A stretch of 61,686 nucleotides of DNA, the filler included, from Choristocarpus tenellus KU-1152 (taxonomy: Eukaryota; Protista; Phaeophyceae), in assembly GCA_964200185.2 (NCBI GenBank). It is 6 parts of 6 records of this genome, joined end to end, with 100 filler letters (N's around TTAATTAATTAA, not from the genome) between each part and the next. Parts side by side here need not be neighbours in the genome. Positions count along the whole stretch, not along the records: positions 1 to 17,473 come from CAXNAD020000671.1; 5 more parts are not named here. One strand, given 5' to 3'. This document shows positions 1-10,969 of the stretch, one piece after another (positions within the stretch are counted from its first letter, which is position 1; every line of letters begins with the position of its first letter). Under the pieces are notes generated by a model. The model saw only the letters and a program-made list of their open reading frames with translations. It had not been told where the DNA came from and searched no databases. Both the position numbers and the translations under genes were made by a program.

Positions 1-799
1 AATTTTGAGTCAAGCCCATCCTCAATGAAAAGCTCCATCCTCAATTTTTGAAATCGGCTGTTCTTGGAGGGGTTCGTATTAACTCTTATCATACTCCTTT
101 GCATAGTCTGTATATCATGCATTGCCGTCATGTTGTAACCTATCGTTTCAGTAAAGAGATTATCGTGTGTATGTGTGATACAGATCATTACCAATTTTTT
201 TTTTTCTTGTTTAATTGGGTGTTTATATACATATTTTTGAAGACTATTGTCCCTTGGCCAGATATAGTGGTATCCACATACTATAATCCCTTACATAGGT
301 TGTCCATCTAATTTAGATAAACCATTTGTGTCATTTTGTCATAGATGGATATAGTCTATCGTTTTGCGAAGAGATTAGATAACTGGTAACAGATGTCAGT
401 TAAGCCGTTCACGTCCAGCTCTAATTTGGCATCTCGTGTTTACCAGGTTTATCAATCCTTGCAAATAGACTATGCATAAGTGTTGGTGGGTTTAGATAAA
501 TTAATAATACTATTAGTTTTATCTCTCAACTCTCCTCGTTTGCATGAGTGGACACATGTGGTGGTGAAGAGATCGTATCACTGGGCACATTAATACATTA
601 GCACTTGTGTGCTAAAGGTGGCTGTTCATTACATCATGTTACATTTTCATGAAATGGATTTATTGATCATCATGAAATGACTAATCCCATCCTAAAACAT
701 GAAGATTCCAGTCTACCACCAGGTAAGAGATGGAGACTTCAGGTGAGTCACACATGTCATGTATTTATTTTTTATTTTTTCGTGTGGCATGATTCCCCT

Positions 800-2110
800 G
801 ACATGATGTATTGACCGTACAGTCACCTCATATCGTTTTAGGAGAGTTGAGCCACCAACATCGTACGTCCGAGTTATCCACTTGGAACATTGTAGTCGCT
901 GTGAACAATATTCCAATCGATGTCAGAATTGAGGAAGGAGGGTGGGTGTACACATTTGATCTTGTCGTTTGCGGTATTGATTTGGTCATGTAACATGCGA
1001 TGTTGTTTTCACGCATCGGAGTGGTGATCAAATCATCTTATAACACTCGCATAGCAATGTCGAAATCACAAACATTAGTCAAACCATTTGCTGACATCGA
1101 ATATGGTGTTTGCTCCTAGTACCCCCATTCTGAGTGTATCCTCTGTTCTATACAAGATAATAGAGATCCTACATGCTGGCGGCATATACCTCTCGCCTTG
1201 TCATTAGGCTGATTGATATGCTGATCTCATACTCTCAGACCTCGTAAGGTTGATTTGATTGGTGCGCTAACCACACACCATCAACCTTAGGCTAATGTTA
1301 TCCTAAACAGAAACTCATTATGTGCCTCGTTTAACACTTCATTATTATTGGAGTCGTATAACACAATGGTGCAATAGTATATATACTAACAGTCACACAT
1401 ATTTCCCTTTTCGTTCCCAGAGTTCACTTTTTTGGTTTAGAGCCAAAGTATCTTAGAGGGTAGAGCCGCGTCCATTTCGGGGTCAAATTCCAATGTTCCG
1501 ATTTTGATGTAATTTTGGCTATCGTGTTTGCTAGGAAGTGTCAATATCCTTGTTCCGGATACACCTCTACATAACGTGCAAATTTTACCTACTCCGAAAC
1601 ATATCGGAGTAGGAAAAAGTCATTAAACACCTGTGTAAAGTCAAGTCCCAAATGGATAAACAGGGCAAAGCTCGTACCCTCTAAGATACTTTCACTCTTG
1701 ACCTTGAATCATGTTTCCATGACTTCAAGGTCGATTAGAAGGGGGGGTGATATGGAAAGCATGTTTGTCTGTTGTTATACCGTTATTGCAGTATGTCATA
1801 ATCCATTATAACGATGTACCGATTGAGGTTCCTTGTTAAGTATATATTATATTATTATGCCCTCTGACATTTTGCAGATGTGTCAGGGGGAAACCAATGA
1901 AACTAAGCATCCATGATTCCACTGGCGGACTTTCCCCGTCAGATTGAAACCATGGAATCTCTTCACGAGACCATCCCACAGACTTGGGACAGCTCGTCAT
2001 TCAGAGTTGTCACCCATGGAAGATCCACTTTGTTCTCACGTCTTGACTTATGGTGTTGAAGCCCCATCTTTGAAGATGCTCATCACTCCTCAATCTGCAC
2101 TTGTCCAACC
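800..2110 (-). mobile_element. Highly degraded Ty1/copia pol relic, interrupted by a MITE
   Basis: Minus-strand fragments occur in copia order: DEHLQRWGFNTISQD (~2040-2085, RT-like), RQHVGSLL (~1160-1185, cf. YRxLVGSLLY), TTPMRENNIAC..TTRS (~960-1025, cf. RNase H xEDNxAC..TxRSKH). Many stops and frameshifts. Confidence 0.35.
1440..1697 (+). mobile_element. MITE family A, copy 1
   Basis: Perfect 18-bp TIR AAAGTATCTTAGAGGGTA...TACCCTCTAAGATACTTT, about 255 bp, non-coding, with five more full copies in the window. Confidence 0.9.
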
Positions 2111-2319
2111 TTAACCTCGTACCCTCACCCTCGGTTAAGGTTCGTCTTTGTTCGTCTGGTCCGTCTTGCCCGGTGATTCTCTTCGCCACCCTTACTTGAG
2201 TGAACCACGCCGCTACAGAATCACACGATCACAACGATAGGATTACGGACACAAATTGATGCGAAAAACACTCGACGTTGTGGGGATTTGAACCTTCGAA
2301 TTCAGGTGGTTGTCACCAT

Positions 2320-2347
2320 TAACCCTAACCTTAACCCTAACCCTAAC
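2320..2347. repeat. Interstitial telomere-like tract (CCCTAA)n
   Basis: taaccctaaccttaaccctaaccctaac. Confidence 0.8.
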
Positions 2348-2567
2348 TACCAATGAACTATTATACGGTGTATGGTATTTATTGAACAGACAATTTCACA
2401 GATATCCAACAAGAGAAGTATAAAAATATGAAAGTATACAATAGTTAGTAGTTCATCTCAAGAATAGTATCAAGTTTACCTCCCAATGCTCAATTACTAT
2501 TACTTGTCCGTGGAAGGACAACAGACTGGACTGGCGACATAGTACTGATCACTTGTGTACACAACGA

Positions 2568-5500
2568 ATGGCACAATGGAGTGTAAGGTGTGGAAAATGC
2601 TCCTGGATTTTATTTTAGGTTGAGGGGGTCCAACAATGTGACCTCCTCATGCACACCTACCTACTTTGCATCTATCCTGTTTACACTTTACCTTGTCTCC
2701 CAATCCCTTAGGTTGGAGTGTCGTTTCCAAAGGAACTGCAAAATGTTGGGCCATTGATGCCATTTGAATCAACCTGGGAAGAGGACTCAAGTGGCTTTCA
2801 CCATTTAGAACACGTCAACATCAACATGCCTGAGCACGGGCCGATAACACAGCTATACTTCGACACGTTGTTATTCGCACCGGACTCAAGGAGGTCCCAA
2901 AACATTGATAAGGGCAGTGGAACAATATGGGCTAATATTGGAGTGAGTAATTGAGCTTTGAATTGATTTAGCTTTTTCATTTGCTCGTAGCACCATCATC
3001 TTCAAGTATGAACTTAGTAAGGTGCGAAGGTAGCAAAATTTGAACGCCTTAAATTATCTGCCGTGGCCTTCTCGTTTCCACACTCCTCTATGTTGATGTA
3101 TCCGCTTTAATAATCTTGTGGAAAAAAGTGAATGCCCGTGGCAAAATCTTGGGTGGTCTCAACTCACTTCCTTCCCATGTTCGTGTTTTTTTTGCACTCT
3201 CTCCTCTACTGGGATGATGACCCGGCGTCCAGACCTCTCAGTTGCACATGCCTCACGGTGAGTTGCATTGACATATATGGGCAGCTCACACCGTCCCTTA
3301 TTACTCATTCTAGTTCAGCTATGGCAAGGTGGGGTTACTGTGATAATTGGGACAATTCTCAGGTGGTTGCTTCAACTGAACTTACACTGCAACACGGAGA
3401 AATGTTCGGAAGGGGCAACCTGTGCGAACAAATCCAGCATTAATGACATCATGCCTCACCCCAAGTATGACTAGTTACTATACATCATTTTGCAGGGGAG
3501 CCGCAAGTTGTCCCTGGAACTATTGGTTTGATCTACCCGGATGTGGAAGAGATCTTTCCAAGGCTGCGACAGGCGGCGGGAAATGATGCACTCGAGGGAA
3601 CTAAGTTTGCCTGGGTGGAAAGGACGAGTAAGACAGCGGAAGTAACCGGTCCGTTTGGTGAGTACCATAAAAAGTACGTGTGTTCTCTTGTGCTACTAGT
3701 ATTTCGGAGTACTTAGCTACACATTTTCTCAGTCGTCGTTCTCATTTCCTCAGATATCGCACCAAACTACAAAGTACTAAAATAGTCACACCTGGCACAA
3801 CCCCGGCACGAGTTAGGTAACAAGCTGCGTTTGCATTCACAACCTGGTGGCGACAAGGGTGCATTGTTTGACCCTCGTGGTGGCCAATTGCCTAGCCCAC
3901 CCTCCCTTGGGCTTGGGTTGGCATATGTCCACCTCAGGGCACGGCGTGGCACAGCTGGTGGCATTGGACGCTTTTACAGGTCGGTCTTTGGTGCTGAAGT
4001 TTTGGAGAGTGGAGAGGCTGAGACAGTAGGAATGGGAGGGGGAAGGCGGGTAGGGGCTCTTGTACGGACTGGACCATCACAGCACCTGGGTTTCTTTGAG
4101 GTTGAAGAAGGGGAGGAGGCACCGAGTTCTTATGATGGACACCATGTCTGTTTGTACCTCACTGAGGAATGTAAGTGACAAATCGTGATGTAAGCATGCA
4201 TTTTGCAAATGATTTTCACCAAGAGATGCTATCACAGGTGACTAATCACATATTTTGAAACTGTTTTTGTACCTAACCATTGCAGCGTTTAACTGCTCCA
4301 TCCATCTGCTGCCAGGTGCTATCCACTCCTCCCTCCTTTTCTTCATAGTTGTATTCCTCCTTCCTCTTGTTCTGTATCCCCAAGACGTCCCTGTTGCACC
4401 CTTCTTCACTATATGTTGCATGCTTGGTGCACCTACAAAATGTCAAGTCTCTTGCCAACAGTTCATTCATAGCAGCACCAGTGCCTGTAAAATGTTTGAG
4501 AAATATGTGTTCTCTGTGTGCAGGATATTTATTGTGTCTGCTTCGGAAACAAACTTACCACAGTGTTACGTCCGACTGCATGTGTTCCTCTGCAACCTCT
4601 CTCACACCCTTACGGCTTTCATCTTTCCTTTAATTCCTAGTACAGGGACTATGCTGAACATGTTATCTGGTATTTCTTATGTGTCAGCCATCTATTTCCT
4701 GGATGCGCAACCTGAGGTGTCACTCTTTGCTTGCTTTTCATATCATAACCCCTAACCCTGAATCTCATTGCGTAGTATTACCATTACAATCAGAACAAGA
4801 CTTCAAAAATAAGTTTATTTTCAGTTTTACTCTTTTTTATTGATATATCATCTGTGACCATAACACCAAACTCCAGTACACAGTACTTGGCAAGACACCA
4901 CAGGCACAACTGTTCTTCCCCCCCCCCTATCTGTATTCCCACCTGTGTGTTCCCTTTTGGCTGTACTGGTGTCTCTGATGTCAAGGCTTTCGCAGCAGCT
5001 TCTTGGAGCTAGAGCGAATGGGTCTCATCTTCATCAACCCACGCCGAAACTTTGGGCGAGCAGACACGCTGGAGAAGGCCCTGGAGGAGAGGCAGTATCG
5101 GGTTAAGGACATTGTGAGAAGATTATCACTGAATTAAAATGCAGAAAAATAACCAAGATGCCTGTGCTATGATATTTTTTACACTCTTGGTATGTAGAGT
5201 GCATTTGTTGTTTTCATTTGATTTGCCGTGCCTAAGGGTAAGTGGATGTGCTAATCCTTGATGCTTTGGAGTAGCAGGAGGGGCATGGTTTTGATTTGCT
5301 TATGAAAAGTACTGAATGACTGCTTGGACTGACCAATTTTTTGGAGTGCTTCTTGATGGTGTGTATAGTGATGATATTGCTCTGGTCTATGTTCACACAC
5401 AGCAGTAAAAACCTTTTTTGCCTTTTGCCTTGACTGCTGAACAATTGTGATGTGAATTGATCATAGGACCTTGCTGGCACAATGCAGTGCCAATAACCAC

Positions 5501-6219
5501 CTGTCACGCAAAGGGTACAACTGTTGCTCGAGAACTTGTCATGAATTGAGCAACATTGCATTTAGTCACACCCTCTCTTCAGTGAGATGTAGTTTGAAGT
5601 GGTGGTATACGATGGCCGTTTTTGCAATACCTGACAGGTGTTTCATTCCTCAAACAATGTCGCTTAAGCTTGCAGCCAATGGTGGTCCACATTAGTTAAC
5701 ATACACAGCATTGGTTAGAGATTGTAACTGGATGTAGATGTCCATCTAATGCGAGGATTTGTTTTTTATCCTTAAGCATACTATAGATCCTGAGATCAGC
5801 CTTCTGTGTGTCCCTGTTATTTTTTATTGTTTCCACAGCTGTTTTCTTTTGCTTGGTGGCTGTCACTAGTGTACTGGAATCGATTGATTAGTGTCATCAG
5901 GTAGCTATGAGTCTAATGACCACTCCCCTCTCTTTTTACATTTGCATCCCATGTTGCATTAATTGAGAATGACTTATAACTGTGCCATCCCTTGTTCCTA
6001 TGCAGTGAGCCCAATCTCTGCATTGCTGCAGAAAGAGAAGACAAAACTAGCTCCCTCTCCTCCAAATCCCAGTCGGCATTACCTGACTTATTCATACAAT
6101 CCAACCCTCAGGTTGACCCCACGTCTGGAGAACTCCTGCATGAATTGGAGCACGAGATTAGGAGCACAAACCATCCATCTTATCCTGTGGGTAGGATTGT
6201 AGTGGGGCCATCGGCGTAG
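2568..6219 (+). CDS. Glyoxalase/bleomycin-resistance (VOC)-like protein, 7 exons
   Basis: Phase-consistent GT-AG exons: 2568-2582 (MAQWS), 2712-2942 (..FHHLEHVNINMP..YFDTL..TIWANIG), 3233-3257 (TSQLHMPH), 3496-3657 (GEPQVVPGTIGL..VTGPFG), 3817-4170 (NKLRL..GIGRFYRSVFGA..YDGHHVCLYL), 4986-5113 (..EERQYRVKDI), 6112-6219 (VDPTSGELLHELEHEIRSTNHPSYP..stop). The motifs LEHVN, WANIG, HHVCLY and LEHEIRS resemble VOC-fold proteins. Confidence 0.75.
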
Positions 6220-7053
6220 TAGTTTTCATTGGAGATCTACAAATATGAGGATTGGTTTGCTCAAGATGTGTTGATGTCTACAGAGTTGACTTTATGAACC
6301 GTGGTACAGTAAAAGGCTCTTGAACAAAACTCTGTATGCAGCGCAGGGTGGATGTTTTAGGGCCACAGACTCTGTTCGATTGCTATCCCAGGGTTAGGGT
6401 TTTGTGACTGGTTCACGGCTTAGACCTTGTGACCCTTTTCAAGATGTGTTTGAGGCTATTAGTAATGTCTACCAGAAGCGTACATTGATATGCTGAGACC
6501 GTAATTAATCATACGCAGTTCAGTTTGATGAATGCCCAAACCTCACACTTTTGATCAAACAAGGTATAAAAGAGTGTAGCTTTGATATTCGGAATAGGTT
6601 TTGTTTTTTCGAACATGTTTTTGTTTGAAAAGGTGAGGTATAAACTTGTTTATATGTTGTTGATTTTCCCAGTAGAAACACACACACAATTTTGATTATG
6701 ATATAATGCAACTCCACTTAGGTTGCCTGTGCAACTAGATAGCCGGGAATTTTTACAGGCAGAGTTGATGGGTGGAGACAGTTCTTTGTGTGATGGAATG
6801 TACGAAGATGGACAGAGCATGGCGAAAGCCTTCTCCCCACAATTGACCTGAAGGAGATGTATAATAAAATGTTTTGAGCTTCAGTGAGAAAGAGGTGCAG
6901 CATGGGTGGATTTTGAGCGTTGGGCATGTTGGTAGTATATTGACCAGAGGTGACCGAGTCCCATCCTGTTTCAATTAATAGTGCTTGTCACAGTAGTGCA
7001 TATTTATGTAGGAGTGGTCACCATTTTTGTTCTGTACTCTTTTGGATCAACTC

Positions 7054-7144
7054 CAGACTGATTTTTGTTACGAATTTATCGACATCCTGGCCTAATGTAG
7101 GTAATTATTATACAGTATTCAAAACAGCAATTATCTTGTGTTAG
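7054..7144. repeat. Left copy of a ~91-bp direct repeat (partner 7911-8002)
   Basis: cagactgatt..gaatttatcgacaYcctggcctaatgtaggtaattatt..gtattcaaaacagcaattatcttgtgttag occurs twice with a few substitutions. Confidence 0.9.
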
Positions 7145-7332
7145 CATCTACTTGTTTTTAGGTATTTCCACATATTTAATTCCTTGGACTCCAGTATTTT
7201 AAGCAGAGTTTTAACTAGAGTTGTTTTACCGGTACCTGGCCCCCCATTAATTACCATCAGCTTTTCTGATAAGGCCTGAACTATTGCTTCTCTTTGATTG
7301 TCTGCCAGTTTAATATCAAGTTCTTGCTCCAT
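7141..7332 (-). pseudogene. Fragment of a bacterial RecD-like (RecD2/TraA family) SF1 helicase
   Basis: IKLADNQREAIVQALSEKLMVINGGPGTGKTTLVKTLLKIL contains the Q motif and Walker A GGPGTGKTT. It is intronless, AT-rich and truncated on both sides. Confidence 0.8.
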
Positions 7333-7751
7333 TTATTTCAACAGTTTCTAATTGAATCTCTTGATAGATTGAATGACCTAGGTATTTGTCTTTGGCTGTT
7401 GCCTTTAATATGCTGATACAGTACTTGTCTAATTGTTGACATACTATTTTTTCTCATTCAATTTAATTCAAACTCTAATTTAGTTAATAAATAAATTAAC
7501 TAAATTGTCAGGAAGCGTCCGGTAACCCGCGGTTGATTTTTGCCTTATTCTAATTGCTTAAAAATAATCTACTGGTGGCTTTACCGCTCTTACATCAAAG
7601 ATTTGTAGTATCCCTAGCTGATTCAGATCATGGATTTTAGCATGTAGTCTGTCTTTATCATCATAAAAATCTTTTAACAGTTTTTTTAATATCCTTGATA
7701 TCTATATATTTGCCTTTGCAAAACCTTGTAGTAGTTCTTATTATCATTATC

Positions 7752-7949
7752 TAGCTCAAATTTTGTAACAAGAATTACATCGCCTTGTTCTACTCTATCT
7801 AACAGCTTTTGCAAACCTTCTCTTTTTGTAGTATTGCCAGTGCTTTTATCATAGAGTATTCTGAACTCTTTAACACCTTCATTTATCAGTTTTTGCTTTT
7901 GTATTTCTAGCAGACTGATTTCTTGCTATGAATTTATCGACACCCTGGC
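7752..7949 (-). pseudogene. Degraded Tn3/gamma-delta-type serine resolvase (TnpR-like) catalytic domain
   Basis: Manual translation ARVSINS*QENQS/(frameshift)LEIQKQKLINEGVKEFRILYDKSTGNTTKREGLQKLLDRVEQGDVILVTKF matches the resolvase pattern YARVS..QSLDIQ..L..GV...RIF.DK.SG....R.GL..L...VE.GDVILV.KLDR. Confidence 0.8.
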
Positions 7950-8002
7950 CTAATGTAGGTAATTATTTTACTGTATTCAAAACAGCAATTATCTTGTGTT
8001 AG
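7911..8002. repeat. Right copy of a ~91-bp direct repeat (partner 7054-7144)
   Basis: Direct sequence comparison. This copy includes the resolvase ARVS codons. Confidence 0.9.
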
Positions 8003-9585
8003 TATCCACATATATAACTGTACTTTCGTTGCATACTAGTCTTTCCAACACCCAAGAGTATACCCTGTCACATGGAAACGGCTAGTGGTACAATAGCCTG
8101 GAGTTGGGAGTTGCATAGTACTCTGTGTACTAGACTATACTAAAATAAATATTTTTTCACACCTGGACTTCACTACTTTTCCAGCCTACACATGTCAAAT
8201 GTACTCGGAAGGTGTATCTATTCCAAAATTGTAAGACTCAAGTAGCCAACAAGAAATACACCCCTCCTTCCTGGAGAATTTGAGGGCCCCCTCTTGTAGC
8301 AGCGTTGTTCATTTTCCAAAATAGGAGTGCGATGGATGCAAGTGTCTTTCTTTTCCCCTTAGCTTCAAAACATGTCCTGCTTGAATGGAAATGTGTTGGA
8401 CCTTACCAAAGAGGTTGTGCATTGCCTCAGCTACCTCCCAAAGAAGTATCTATACATCAGAGATTAAAATACTTTCAGAAGAAAAAAAAAACTCTATTCA
8501 GGTAGATAGTTGGACCTTTGCACGTCACTTGTCATTTTTAGAAATGACTTAAGGAGCAAGGTAATACTGCTTTCTGATGTACTGCTGGTTGATGTCTAAA
8601 TCGTTGGCCATCTCTTCAAAATCTTCAGTTGATCTTGCAGGCAACACAGTCTACTCTGCGAAGTTGCAGACATCACCCCTACAACTCTAAGCTACATGTA
8701 GGCTCCGCTTCCTCTTTGGAAATTGATTTGCCTCTGGTATATGATTTATGATTTGAGACATTGGTGCCTGCAGGGTTTGATAATCAGTGGTGATACGTAT
8801 GTATGTCTTCAAGGGGAATGGGGTGCTCACTACGATTGTGTACTATAGATAGGTTGAGAGTCTCACCAAAATATTAAGCACTGGGTTCCAATAATGGGTA
8901 GCAGGTTGGATCAAGAGAGTTTGAGAGGACAATTATTATTAAAGTATGAGGGGTACATGTATCTAAACCGAAAGAGAACTGAAAACACATCTTTGACACA
9001 ACAGAGCAGGGATACCTGTTAATTGCAATCTGGGTAGTGGAAAATAATCTGGAGTAGGAAGGAGGTTCTTGAAACTTAGGGCATGCTGTCATTCTGCTGT
9101 TTACAGTCAATTCCTTTCACTGAGAAGAAAAAACACAAAACGGAATTGCCTAGCGCATTTCAAGTCACATAGGGCTTGAATCACGAAAAGTAATTGTTAT
9201 CACAACATTATCGCAGAGGCAGAATGCAGTTGAGGAAAGGTATGGTACTTGCTGATTGCAGACTTGACTTCCTGTACCTGGTAATTGGTCCACGCCATGG
9301 AACAACGGGCAGATTCTATTTGCAGCAATGCTGGCCAGGCAACTTTTTCAGTGGGAGTTAATCCTCAGTATGCAAGTTTCAACAGGAATTTTTTCTGTCC
9401 TCTCCTCCTTCGCACACACCAGAATGGCCAATCAGGGGATAAGTGTGCTACGACGTTGACTCTTTCGTAAAAGTTCCAGCAGTGCAAACCCCCACAAAGT
9501 ATGCTCAATAGTATGTTGTATGCATCTTAAAACTATTCTAACCTGCGGTCAAAACAAAGAAATCATTCTGCAGCGTGACAAGTTT

Positions 9586-10793
9586 CTACTCATATATCCA
9601 GTCGTGCATGGCCAACTTGTAGTCTGTCAGCTCAGACCCATCAAACCACAAGGCTATCTCCCGCTCTGCTGATTCTACCGAATCAGAACCATGGCAAATA
9701 TTGCGCCCAACCTGGGAATAAAGGTTACGTGATGGAACGGGGGGATGGCGATATCAGCATGCAACAAAAACTCTGTTGGTGCCACTAAACGAAAGAGTGA
9801 GATATGTGTGTGTCCTTTCGTCTTTTGACCTTTACCCTTCTCTTTTTTAATTTTTTCTACAAATGGTTGGCATACATTTGTATACTATTATCTATCTCAC
9901 CTCCAAGGAGAAGTCCCCACGGATAGTGCCAGGTTCGCTCTTGGTAGGGTCAGTTGCCCCGAGCATCTTTCGCCCCATTGAGACGACGTCTTTTCCCTCC
10001 CAAGCCATACACACCACCGGGCCTGAGATCATGTATGATAAGAGTTTTGGGAAGAAGGGTTTCTCCACGAGATCCCTGAGTGTAGGAGCAATCGGGTTGA
10101 GGCGAGATATTAGTCGGAAGGAAGATATTTTCATATTCGTGTTGGCACATGCATTGAATGCTCTTGACCAAAAAACGATTCAGGCAGAGGCAAGGAATGC
10201 AGGGGACCATCAAAGAGTGATTATAATCGGACGATGTACATGTGACTTCGGGCGATCTCGAAACGTTCGGCACACAGCAAGTCTTAATCTGACCAGTCCT
10301 CACTCACTTGTAATGTTGCCGGAGGAGATCTTCATTAGCCTGCTTCAACTTCATGGCTGCCAGCTTGTACCCTCGCTGCTCAAATCGGGAGATAATGGTA
10401 CCCACAATTCTGAGGGGTGCAATAAGAGGGAAGGGGGGTAATGAAGCATTTCGACTGTCAGGGTACCAGGTCTTCAACAATCAACAAAATATGAGGCGAA
10501 GGTTGAGTCTCCGGCATATATCTAGGGCAGAACGATATGCCATACATCTATCGCATGTACAAACTCATTCTCTTCGTCTGGGAAAGTGTTGCTCACCCGC
10601 GCTGGACGCCGTCAGGCTTAATCATGATGTAAGACCTTTCCGTTGAGGACATGGTTGGTACGGAGGCCATCTTCCTCACATGTGTCGGCGTGGCCACTGC
10701 ATGCCGGGTTACAAAGGAGGATGTCGAGGGGACCACGAATCCTTGTGCATCTGCAAGCAGTCCCAATAGGGCTAGGAAGATGGCCTTCATCAT
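9586..10793 (-). CDS. NDK: Nucleoside diphosphate kinase, plastid-targeted, 4 exons
   Basis: Exons 10597-10793, 10308-10409, 9901-10075, 9586-9711 are phase-consistent. Motifs [46 protein letters not shown] and [10 protein letters not shown] (catalytic His) are present. The N-terminus [26 protein letters not shown] is a signal peptide followed by an F-starting transit peptide. Confidence 0.97.
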
Positions 10794-10969
10794 GATCAAA
10801 GGATATGTACCTGCCGTTGGGAATGAGTTATGGGATCAGTGCTGTCCCTACGAATCATGATCCATTCTAGGGTTAGGGCTGTTGAGGATGAGAACAGACT
10901 CAAACATTCAATGTCCTCATTTCTGAGGTGATCGAGTTGAGAAAGAGGTTCTCTCTTCTATACCATAAT
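10794..10969. promoter_or_regulatory. Compact bidirectional promoter/5'UTR region containing a telomere-like motif
   Basis: Only 176 bp separate the two divergent ATGs. TAGGGTTAGGG lies near the middle (10868-10878). Confidence 0.55.

Noticed and set aside
9863-10860. Plus-strand ORFs overlapping NDK
   Set aside because: They are antisense to a clearly conserved spliced gene.
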